This document shows, one piece after another, positions 9,001 through 14,162 of a stretch of DNA of 32,000 nt. The first letter of the stretch is position 1; every line of letters begins with the position of its first letter. Location of the stretch: contig CAZXEQ010000007.1 in NCBI GenBank assembly GCA_964640155.1, positions 120,001 to 152,000 of the forward strand, in the 5' to 3' direction. Both the position numbers and the translations under genes were made by a program. A model generated the notes under the pieces. That model saw only the letters and a list, made by a program, of their open reading frames with translations. It was not told where the DNA came from and did not search any database. Source of the DNA: an uncultured bacterium. GTDB taxonomy: Bacteria; Auribacterota; JACPWU01.

Positions 9001-12000
9001 TACAGATGGAGCAGTGGTAGTGGGTAGTCCTCTTGAGGATTTATTTCAATGGGATTTGAGAGGAGATGATTTAAATCAAGTTTTGATATTCGTTACAACG
9101 GCTTTAAAAGCAGCTCGGGATAATCGACCAGGAGAGGCTAAACCATTTTTGGGTATGGCCACGACTGTTGTTGTAAGTGTTGTTTTTGTAAATGACAAAG
9201 GAGAGCAAGAAACCGTCGTTGCCAATGTCGGAGATAGTCGAGCTTATAGGGTGTATGAAAATGGAAGTGTAGAAAGAATTACACGAGATGATGGGGCTAT
9301 TTACAATACGATCACTGAGGCTGTTGATGAAGAAGTGATTCCACTTGGAGCAGGAGATCAAATCCTTTTAGATCCTACAAAAGCTTCTGAGATTTTTGAA
9401 AGCTTAGATGCAGGTTTGGATGATACAGGTGTTTCTGAAGATCGAATTAGAGAATATGCGCAGATTTATCAAGGAAAAGGAGCTATTACTGCTGCAGATG
9501 CTGCAATCATTCTTACCGATCATACGACTGAAGCTGCTAGAGTTATTTTTCGCAAAGTACATACATGGCGGCTACTGAATCTGGCTATTTTCTTAAGTAA
9601 ATATGATAGAAAGTATGAAGGGTTGCAGAAGTTGGTAACGGCTTTAGATGGTGCTCAGTTAGAAAGTATTTTAAGCCGTTGTGGTGTTCCTGATCCTGAG
9701 CTTCAAAGAATGTCAGTTTCTGGTCGAGTGTCAGCAGAGCTTTTGGCCCAATATGTTAAGCAATACGAGGAAACCCATTCTAATTTTGTTCACTTCCTTC
9801 AAGAATCTTTAATAAAGGCTTTTTATAAAAAGTGGTGGCAGGATGATGTCAAGCTAGAAGAGGTTGGGATGGATGATCATGGATTAGCCAAAAAGCTATA
9901 TTCTTCTAGGAATACAATTTCAGCAAGTGTTGGCAGGGGTCATTTTACAGGAGAAAGAGGCCCAAGATTCTTTAGTCCTAGTGGAACAGGCAAAGGACGT
10001 CTTATTGTTGTTTGTGATGGTGGTCCGGATAATGTTCCAGACCGACAGTTGGAAGAAGCTATTGAAAAGAAGTTAAGAAAAGGCGCTTCTTTTGAAGATA
10101 TACCTATAGAAGAACTGTATGTCACAATGGCACGTGACAATGTGGATGCTGAAAGATCACAAACTGCAGATGATGATATTTCCTGTGCTAGTGTTAAAAT
10201 GCCTGTGAAGCTTGCTGCTCCTGTTGCTTCGACAAGACCTGCACCACCTCCTGTTGTACGACTTGCAGCAAGCGGTGGAGTTGCTGCGGGAGCCCCGGCT
10301 CAGCCAGGGCAGCCGGGAGCGAAAGTTCAGGTGGCACCAGGATCTGCTCAAATGTCAGACGCTAAAAAAGCTGCTGCTGTGGGAGTAGCCCCGGAATTAC
10401 TTAAGAACGACCGATTAATTAATTCTTCTATACAGGATTTGAGATCATGGTTTTCATCTTTAAAAACTCCTTGGAAAGTAATAGGTGGAGGAGTGATTAT
10501 AGTAAGTCTTATAGGCGTTGTAGTATCAGGAGCAGCGGTTTCTATTATAAGTTTTCTTAATCCGTTTGCAGTAAATCTTCTCATTGGAGTTGGTAGTGCA
10601 ACACTTGTTGGATTTTTATTATATTCTAAAGTTGATAAGACAAGTGAAGATAGATGGCCAATAATTATTATCCCCACCATACTTACATTTCTTTCTATGA
10701 CGGCAGGAAGTTATATTGTGATGGATAGTTGGAATTCTTTAGTGAATTGGCTTAATAATTTTATTGCTCATATTGCCACGTCTTCTGATACAAACTCTTC
10801 TTCTCCTGTGACTATATCGACCGCGTCTATTACAACTTTATTTAAACCCCATCGTACAAAGCAATCTACGCTGACTTTAAAAGAATACGTAGAAAAAATT
10901 TATGAGATTTATTCAGATCTTTCTACTCAGAAATGGGTTAAGAGAAGTTTAAAAATATTTATTGTGATTGCGCCTCTTGTTGTATTTTTATTTCCTCAGC
11001 TTGCATTTGCAAATAACGGTTCCGTCTTAGGATGGAATGCTCCGACTTTTGTCCTAATTTCACTTATTCTAGCTGCCATTGTATTAGGTGTTAGAGCTAA
11101 TTTGAGAACCCATAAACTTGAAAGACGGGCTCCCCTTACAAAAGATTTGATGAATTTACATCTTATCGAAAGGCTTTTAAAGGAACATGGCAAAAGTGCT
11201 AAATCATCTCCTCCTGTTGAATTTGTCCTTACAATGGAGTCGCCAGATGATTTTCATGTGGCTGCTGCCCTTCCTGGTGGGGAAGTACTTACAAGTAGGT
11301 TTGATAGAGACACAGAGGACGAACTTAATCAAAAAAATAAAGAGGCTCAGGAACATGTCCGTGACTATTGGATGAGGCGTAAAGGGTATGTGCCGCAATT
11401 TATGGATAGTGCTTTTGGCCTTGGCATTAGGAATAGAATTAAATTCTATGCAGGAATGTTTTATAGAGCTGATAAACCTGCAAATGCAGAAGCATCATTC
11501 CTTCGAAGAAACATAAAAAATGAAACTGTACAATTTGAGATTGGAATCAATCTTCAGCTTTTAGAATATCCTATGCTTTTTGAACTTTTTCTTGTTCATG
11601 AATTTCACTATGCCGATTTGTTTATTTTTAGAGAAACTGTTAGGGAGGGGAAATTGGGAATACCTCAAGAGCAACAAGCTCGTTTGTCTGGGTATTTTCT
11701 TGGAGAATTTAATGATGTGGGGGCGGCCGTTAAGGAAGGTTTTGAAGAAACAACTATTTATTTTGAGGATTTTAAATACTTTCTTTCTTTAGAGCCAGAA
11801 CAGAGAAAACAAATTATCAAGGGTCTTGAGAAATTAAGAACTCAATATCCTGGTGTTACAATTTTTGAGTCTTTCTTTAAAGTATTCAGCGAATTGGCTA
11901 TGTATACTCTTTCTGATGATTCTGAAAAACACTTAATGGGTTTAGCAATAGAATTGGCAAAAAATCAATCTACAAGTAATAAAGAAGTTTTTCCAAAATA

Positions 12001-14116
12001 TGAACGAGCGCTTGTTCCCTATGGAGTAAGCCTGGTTGATCATGCGCTTTCTGTTCACAGAATGTTAATGTCATTTGGATCTTTAACAGAGGATGAAGTT
12101 GAGAGCATTTTAAAACGAAAAAAAGTTTTAGAATTTATAAATCCCATTCCTAGAGGTTATGAAGCAAATACTCCAGCAGCCAGTGCACGTGTTTTGGGGA
12201 GAACAGTAGAGCGTATGAGAGGAGTGAAAGGAGGTCCTGCCAGTCATTTTGCGAGCCCCTTTGGGATGGGAGTCGATGCTGGACTTGCTCCCAACAATGA
12301 GGATGCAGGTATAGTGATACAGAAATTGATGAACGCTATGGAAGATTCAAAAACTTTAAGTGAAAGACAAATTCAAAATGGTCCAAGAGTTGTTTTTCAT
12401 CAAGAAGATAAAGCTGTTGCAGATCAAGTTGAAAGTTTTATGGGAACAGAAGCTTATCGTACGTTAGGGGATGGAGTGAAACAAACTCTTCAAAATATAA
12501 GAATTGCGCTTTTACCTCCGGATCAAGATTCGGGGGATCAACCAGCTCAAATATCCATTGTCGAGAATCCTTTGGGGGCAAGTTATGCCCATTACGGTCA
12601 AGATGAAGAACCTTCTATATTTATGAGAGCGGAGTTTTTAAAACGATTACTCACGTTAAAAAATGGACCTCAAGTTTTTGTAACATTACTTAAGCTTGAA
12701 AGTAATCGTTATGAGCATCGGCAAGGTGGTAAAGAAGATAATCGTTCTTCTGCTCAAGTGGTTAAAGATGCAGGTATCACAAGAGCTGAGCTTTCAGCTT
12801 TATTGGATGCGATTGTGGATATTGAATCGGATATTCTTTTAGAAAGAAAAGATTTAGATGTGACTGAATTGATTATTCGCTCGGCGACTGTTTTAGAACA
12901 CAAAGCTGATCAAGCCAGTGTAGATAATATTATTTTAGGAAAGTTGAGAGGAAAACTTCTAAATGTTTTAGTTGCCAAACTGGCTCAGAGAATGAAAAAT
13001 CAAGAAGAGCGTTTAAGTCAAATTCGAGCTGCTGTGACAAAGCTTGAAACAGCAAGAAGTAAAGATGAAGGTCATACTTTAGTTAAGGCTTTAAATGAAG
13101 CTTTGGGAAATATTCAAAATATTCAATCTATTGGGTTTGATCTTTTGATGGGGGAAGTGGTTGTTTATACTTCTGATGGAAAGACTCAAACGGTAGAACT
13201 TGGGGCTGCTTCTCAAGCTCTAAGTCTTATGATTGAAAAGTTAGTTGGAAATGTACAAATGGTAGTATTGGATCTGCCTGCTGGTGAGGACCCAGATGAA
13301 CTCTCAAGTTTTCTTGAAAATACAATCGGAATTTTGATGAATCCGGATCAAAGATCTTTAGCCCGAGATGAAAAGCCGCTTTCGATTGGAGATTTGACTG
13401 CACAGCGTTTGAAGATAGGGGATGGAGAATTGGTTCATGTGGGGCGAGGAATAGGTAACTTAAGAAAAATGACAGCTAAGACAAAGCATAATCTCACAGC
13501 ATTGGATGCAGTTAAATTTTTTGATGCAGAAGCAAATAAAAATACAGAACATCCTGTTCTTATAGAAGCAGCACTTTTACAAGCAAAATTGGCTTTGTTG
13601 GAAGGCTCCGAACGAGAAGCTTTTTTAAAGCTCTGTGAAAAATATTATGCTGTGATTCGAGGACAAAATATAGAAGGACTGTCGGCAGAAGTTCAAGAAG
13701 CTTTATGGAAAAATTACAATAAGTTTTCCCAATTACCTTCTGATTTTAGAGTCGTTATTCTATCAAGTGAAGTAGAGCGTACAGATGAAATGAAAGATGC
13801 AATGATTTTAAAATTTAATTCTGAGCAAAGAGATCAACCTAATGCTCTTACTCAAGTGATGAGTTTCGCTTCTTATGTTGCCAATGTAGGTAAAGAAGCT
13901 GCAAAAGGTGATTCTCGGGCTGCAGAAATGTTTGAAGCCCTTCTCAAAGCACTCTATGCTGGAGACGAGGAGAAGATGCAAGAAATACTAGATAATATGT
14001 CTTTGAAAGAAATTTTATCTAACCCAGAATTCGTTTTCCCTCCCATCAATACCCATTTCATGCAAGATCTGGATTCCTTCTTGCGGGCCCAACGCACCGT
14101 CGAAGCGATGGCGTAG
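2..14116 (+). CDS. Giant multidomain membrane-anchored protein, 5'-partial in this window (helical/TPR-like N-region, kinase-like domain, two PP2C phosphatase domains, Pro/Ala linkers, TM cluster, unknown C-terminal region)
   Basis: The frame has no stop from nt 2 to TAG 14114-14116. The ORF track starts at ATG 122 (4664 aa), but codons 2-121 are also open and continue a repeat motif. The longest competing ORF in the other five frames is 152 aa. Recognisable kinase-like and PP2C motifs are listed as separate features. Confidence 0.92.
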   Translation, partial: EKVARGDFQADEWNGEVEAAFGRAWTILRERAKIYVIEREMIKAMEVYAVMEDVLADFATSTNVPDSESISQLGAHLKADLQFLSNELVSSMDYIWTDSTALLRSDENAPYHLAATYLKIILDVNAGVQRGESLGGAGVDNFMGISWTLLRNRAALHVRRGEFDEARAIYAVMRGVCNNFIESFYLEAEERQVREEFIVQKSLDLDRGLSSLALAQARRALDEGKTIDVIADFLLPVITASKDSELISIQTQASDFLVSNLQEKMSEGEALFEVTAQALLTGDWAIGEANLKVIEPVLNLLNKVRLESLYDGKVDSKRVDAFRERGGAFKQAFAFGSTRFAELRKMTDLERTMIVGGFEAARASINQLILVCKVFPGEEACYAEILIAVFDQIQQLYGEQNPVEASRIRSEILGTQERIAHERSQDAKLPEWKKYFEENLLPRISLIEDLRRVVAAQGSREDLVAEQVTAVNTVLVAELANALHHSGLETLAGEFRTAVFAHYTAKIDEYLTASPIKIDEAKEALAVLEAVDKENAAIAVYRPKVKGKTPVLDPVERACAALDANLTAANIQAVTETFEEYEFGEKDLERVFDSLSKAVETLSDIEEVSESDYSALKAGLESAGSKIESDSQLATWAIDADSPLRLQAKYFQTTVWVSSTRRLLNRFKKSKKLDDLRALLDVLEQYPNKKGRELLGFAESLADVLIENGINLSLEDGVSALFARTYQLLDDINSVSVEVVTYPGSSSKPSGLPPLEPGSVSSPSFSKIKSPTAISLDRATSSRKLSSSALPALPKGEKTLKRAKVSLLNERRCEVLKGIGSKEFSEIARVFSRGTWVIERGQIRSFANLNGLFREANPPFNTLGEVVTDSEAKEKVFNMLSSLFVSRLEEVSDEISKGSAEVKKLDLAEKLSLTFLKAAEAFVQRYEVSGLPASPSLAALRAGIAEHLKRGIRDLVIALEAQGDEAAILDEEGAEEKAAAFYQRAMNLYEKFNALLLDDQKLDFSDIFISRVKKAKDLIDQGSIDATKSDSAEKLSLLLLNAARIFIDRYEARDLSASSSVVALRAGIAEHLKGSVKDLALYFSNEGDRAAAVGGIEAEESTNLLYQRAVNLYEKLNALLPDGQKIEAKIIRALNAKMGKDSDWNAIETEALSITASLTADQRKEILIWVQGWIAEPGREKFRIQKVLGAGEKGLVFLMTRPDLKGGQEEVVLKASFIAAGDESVEVKYDRYLKEFSKDPALPIDHFVRLLDAGHAPSSSIEWSIQSFADGLEGPFINAQEMGQETDDSRKFEHGNSFEGHSVVYDTRPDEQIDLAIQLAQILAHLQKKNIVHADFHETNIQIKRDSSGRRRIVVVLDPDNSTDVDPDHLWTVVHIPLDALERKGASSRLSLVGVDDSIKVDLIPVSGCEGGRVNVHPDQNLLVVQLKISREKMLGRNKGLPFTFTFNDRENKFEITPVLRKKTSDEKAQANMDVQSGVRLMLELLTGRIIDPTQLFKEGRRISSIQKDQMLKHWAEVMKVDISALPASVSELAPKILDAIYKLYEGKSTLEEFEVEMRAFLAILSPILAPAAKPEAPRPPPPGASAPQPPVEPPSPAAPPAAPATSAATEAATDVDTLLDRVENVLQSTDFVDLVEIRNLYDGEKSPVMILKEETFSPEQRARLEAWPSLLHAAFERFAVTTNARRDPHSRALDELNQGKAILVFSTLFRLVDSMIGVYAQEELDDSTIRKESQLLWGEYNTNHDSVLQTKGQTLDAATEQKPFYRIIADLYQVADKTLPSTERIDAARIREVRRLAGLRVSTPPASVAAITFTRGAKFKGGKIERTVIAVEGDEVICWVNEDGTEYVEKGPSLILREAVTNARAKLLTYEASTPAAIAAAQPAIEVYEKAIGASVNVWEGRADNKISLADLQGLIPTDDSLDAGDAIIDAPSAGGEPALAVGPAPMRAPTYPSPAMPVAATGPSSSAPVTPPTAASALPETEISLSGELSVSVEDLKGRVLTLTLGTSKYFKMEVSVVYDEEEGRFILFDGDGKGNHRFLNEGEVITVGRKRADLETVGISDLADFEVNNSSLSEFRTLMAHKQISVSIQGGKLIVKSISDKTTLYHAETVVLPIAPSIKDPITTADVVQGASKPSLNHPAWNEDCGFAEIINGWVVTGVFDGMGGYGGGELASNITRMIVHAALKRDFSSGVNEDSIPQILADAFLKAQEIIQFIVSLRDFLQSTPEQLLGIAEAMEREHGVNKDEFNDLLLRIVRRGKPISEMGTAALVHVVVPQADGTSNVYLIQAGDVRTYLVSSDETFEPLTVDNISGSDDGSLKTITLEQVREKWKASHLQALVTVETDRDLGALGPIERIMFNRRHTVENVLKRDYKPVITVAKGVKGILLTMTDGGHDPLIDRVIEEEFKAGSIAEAPQRILRRARSVKTGPRAKDDDALIMVTQMPEVVAKSASASAGPSAGAPAPASALVAAPTSAAPLQVNVGDVFLAITGLRRVVVRKDGDALYCITTNGSNIYLESLDVAKIRSDVNTKFLAPATSNTTDQEHIDNALKPGNVFSNATTNEHLILVSEDRTTGAMFFLKIVGDLTDLSAVDTATIETGLTINDVLGKAWAYNKDVSANPTLGVEVAKVTGAINKLEAAGATVVSGSVWLDLERQSLGIDFKNYNQGDVIIDPNVSDNEGRKIGDSYLFIMEDGDNAIFYSFGKKQLIHISKVEVIEGIKSKNLQYNHRDQSRAAHEKMAKDFEPFLRTINTIPLTDIQDEIIPQSNTIKIDPRQLGRDRFMTLTIPGRNPGETEEYCLMYDVRVDKVIVCPFFKTGLKQWAYLQPGSSPKYKQTKTPSFMNHVEKQITLFRDVNGQLVIRALSADISLQVYPGASNALNMHVGKEVVSDGNEKAYAEQAARYHAYQSEDAFFTLFLRRAAVLGLCDGVGGRDAGNIASQVASLLIQASIKDFMSAHEGTGRPLTNKDIKNCLTLAIQFADRKIFELSQIEISDIDTDGAVVVGSPLEDLFQWDLRGDDLNQVLIFVTTALKAARDNRPGEAKPFLGMATTVVVSVVFVNDKGEQETVVANVGDSRAYRVYENGSVERITRDDGAIYNTITEAVDEEVIPLGAGDQILLDPTKASEIFESLDAGLDDTGVSEDRIREYAQIYQGKGAITAADAAIILTDHTTEAARVIFRKVHTWRLLNLAIFLSKYDRKYEGLQKLVTALDGAQLESILSRCGVPDPELQRMSVSGRVSAELLAQYVKQYEETHSNFVHFLQESLIKAFYKKWWQDDVKLEEVGMDDHGLAKKLYSSRNTISASVGRGHFTGERGPRFFSPSGTGKGRLIVVCDGGPDNVPDRQLEEAIEKKLRKGASFEDIPIEELYVTMARDNVDAERSQTADDDISCASVKMPVKLAAPVASTRPAPPPVVRLAASGGVAAGAPAQPGQPGAKVQVAPGSAQMSDAKKAAAVGVAPELLKNDRLINSSIQDLRSWFSSLKTPWKVIGGGVIIVSLIGVVVSGAAVSIISFLNPFAVNLLIGVGSATLVGFLLYSKVDKTSEDRWPIIIIPTILTFLSMTAGSYIVMDSWNSLVNWLNNFIAHIATSSDTNSSSPVTISTASITTLFKPHRTKQSTLTLKEYVEKIYEIYSDLSTQKWVKRSLKIFIVIAPLVVFLFPQLAFANNGSVLGWNAPTFVLISLILAAIVLGVRANLRTHKLERRAPLTKDLMNLHLIERLLKEHGKSAKSSPPVEFVLTMESPDDFHVAAALPGGEVLTSRFDRDTEDELNQKNKEAQEHVRDYWMRRKGYVPQFMDSAFGLGIRNRIKFYAGMFYRADKPANAEASFLRRNIKNETVQFEIGINLQLLEYPMLFELFLVHEFHYADLFIFRETVREGKLGIPQEQQARLSGYFLGEFNDVGAAVKEGFEETTIYFEDFKYFLSLEPEQRKQIIKGLEKLRTQYPGVTIFESFFKVFSELAMYTLSDDSEKHLMGLAIELAKNQSTSNKEVFPKYERALVPYGVSLVDHALSVHRMLMSFGSLTEDEVESILKRKKVLEFINPIPRGYEANTPAASARVLGRTVERMRGVKGGPASHFASPFGMGVDAGLAPNNEDAGIVIQKLMNAMEDSKTLSERQIQNGPRVVFHQEDKAVADQVESFMGTEAYRTLGDGVKQTLQNIRIALLPPDQDSGDQPAQISIVENPLGASYAHYGQDEEPSIFMRAEFLKRLLTLKNGPQVFVTLLKLESNRYEHRQGGKEDNRSSAQVVKDAGITRAELSALLDAIVDIESDILLERKDLDVTELIIRSATVLEHKADQASVDNIILGKLRGKLLNVLVAKLAQRMKNQEERLSQIRAAVTKLETARSKDEGHTLVKALNEALGNIQNIQSIGFDLLMGEVVVYTSDGKTQTVELGAASQALSLMIEKLVGNVQMVVLDLPAGEDPDELSSFLENTIGILMNPDQRSLARDEKPLSIGDLTAQRLKIGDGELVHVGRGIGNLRKMTAKTKHNLTALDAVKFFDAEANKNTEHPVLIEAALLQAKLALLEGSEREAFLKLCEKYYAVIRGQNIEGLSAEVQEALWKNYNKFSQLPSDFRVVILSSEVERTDEMKDAMILKFNSEQRDQPNALTQVMSFASYVANVGKEAAKGDSRAAEMFEALLKALYAGDEEKMQEILDNMSLKEILSNPEFVFPPINTHFMQDLDSFLRAQRTVEAMA
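2723..3382 (+). repeat. Internal tandem duplication inside the giant CDS: two copies with a 372-nt (124-aa) period and a conserved 96-aa core
   Basis: Copy 1 starts AEKLSLTFLKAAEAF at 2723 and copy 2 starts AEKLSLLLLNAARIF at 3095. My ungapped hand alignment gives 53 identical residues of 96, including ALRAGIAEHLK and YQRA-NLYEK-NALL. The similarity is also visible at nucleotide level. Confidence 0.85.
3545..4690 (+). other. Protein-kinase-like (PKL superfamily) domain of the giant protein, atypical catalytic loop
   Basis: Gly-rich loop LGAGEKGLVF (GAGEKG at 3566-3583); VLK lysine motif; catalytic loop IVHADFHETNIQI (3998-4021) in place of HRDLKPEN; LDPD in place of DFG; subdomain-IX-like DVQSGVRLMLELLTGR around 4425-4470. 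Confidence 0.6.
4709..4842 (+). other. Pro/Ala-rich low-complexity linker 1 of the giant protein
   Basis: APAAKPEAPRPPPPGASAPQPPVEPPSPAAPPAAPATSAATEAA; a locally GC-rich stretch. Confidence 0.8.
5792..5953 (+). other. Pro/Ala-rich low-complexity linker 2 of the giant protein
   Basis: DAPSAGGEPALAVGPAPMRAPTYPSPAMPVAATGPSSSAPVTPPTAASALPETE. Confidence 0.8.
6434..7333 (+). other. PP2C (PPM-family) Ser/Thr phosphatase domain 1 of the giant protein
   Basis: PPM motifs occur in the canonical order: NEDCGF (6434), GVFDGMGG (D at 6491), MGTAALV, QAGDVRTYLV, LLTMTDGGHD, DDDALIMVTQ (ends about 7333). Confidence 0.75.
7339..7447 (+). other. Pro/Ala/Ser-rich linker 3 of the giant protein
   Basis: EVVAKSASASAGPSAGAPAPASALVAAPTSAAPLQ. 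Confidence 0.75.
8729..10201 (+). other. PP2C (PPM-family) phosphatase domain 2 of the giant protein, split by an insertion of about 205 aa
   Basis: YQSEDAFF (8729), GLCDGVGG (D at 8792), GMATTVVV, ANVGDSRAYRV, then an insertion at 9293-9907, then RNTISASVG, LIVVCDGGPDNV, ADDDISCASVKM (ends 10201). Confidence 0.75.
10207..10350 (+). other. Pro/Ala/Gly-rich linker 4 of the giant protein
   Basis: KLAAPVASTRPAPPPVVRLAASGGVAAGAPAQPGQPGAKVQVAPGSAQ. Confidence 0.75.
10472..11092 (+). other. Cluster of 5 (possibly 6) predicted transmembrane helices in the giant protein
   Basis: Hydrophobic runs: VIGGGVIIVSLIGVVVSGAAVSIISFL; FAVNLLIGVGSATLVGFLLYS; WPIIIIPTILTFLSMTAGSYIVM; LKIFIVIAPLVVFLFPQLAFA; APTFVLISLILAAIVLGV. 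The last is followed by the basic stretch RANLRTHKLERR. Confidence 0.7.
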
Positions 14117-14148
14117 CATATTTACTTTTAACCTTAAGTTCTAGCCAG

Positions 14149-14154
14149 TATAAT
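14149..14154 (+). promoter_or_regulatory. Possible -10 box (TATAAT) immediately upstream of cinA
   Basis: A perfect TATAAT lies 8 nt before ATG 14163. I see no Shine-Dalgarno sequence and only weak -35 candidates, which would imply a leaderless or near-leaderless transcript. Confidence 0.25.
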
Positions 14155-14162
14155 TAACCTTA

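Noticed and set aside
9965-10000. SPSGTGKGR in PP2C domain 2 resembled a P-loop.
   Set aside because: It does not fit GxxxxGK[ST], and it sits where the PPM fold is expected.
11597-11611. VHEFHYAD in the C-terminal region looked like a zinc-metalloprotease motif.
   Set aside because: The spacing is H-E-x-H, not H-E-x-x-H, and not the inverted H-x-x-E-H. I see no downstream third ligand, so I make no protease call.
754-11792. About 20 short ORFs (60-152 aa) on the minus strand or in alternative plus frames inside the giant gene, for example 754-1119, 2179-2637, 5740-6042, 6626-7012, 10348-10680 and 11187-11375.
   Set aside because: All lie wholly within the 14-kb open frame, have low-complexity or odd composition, and carry no recognisable motif. 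I treat them as shadow ORFs of the giant CDS.
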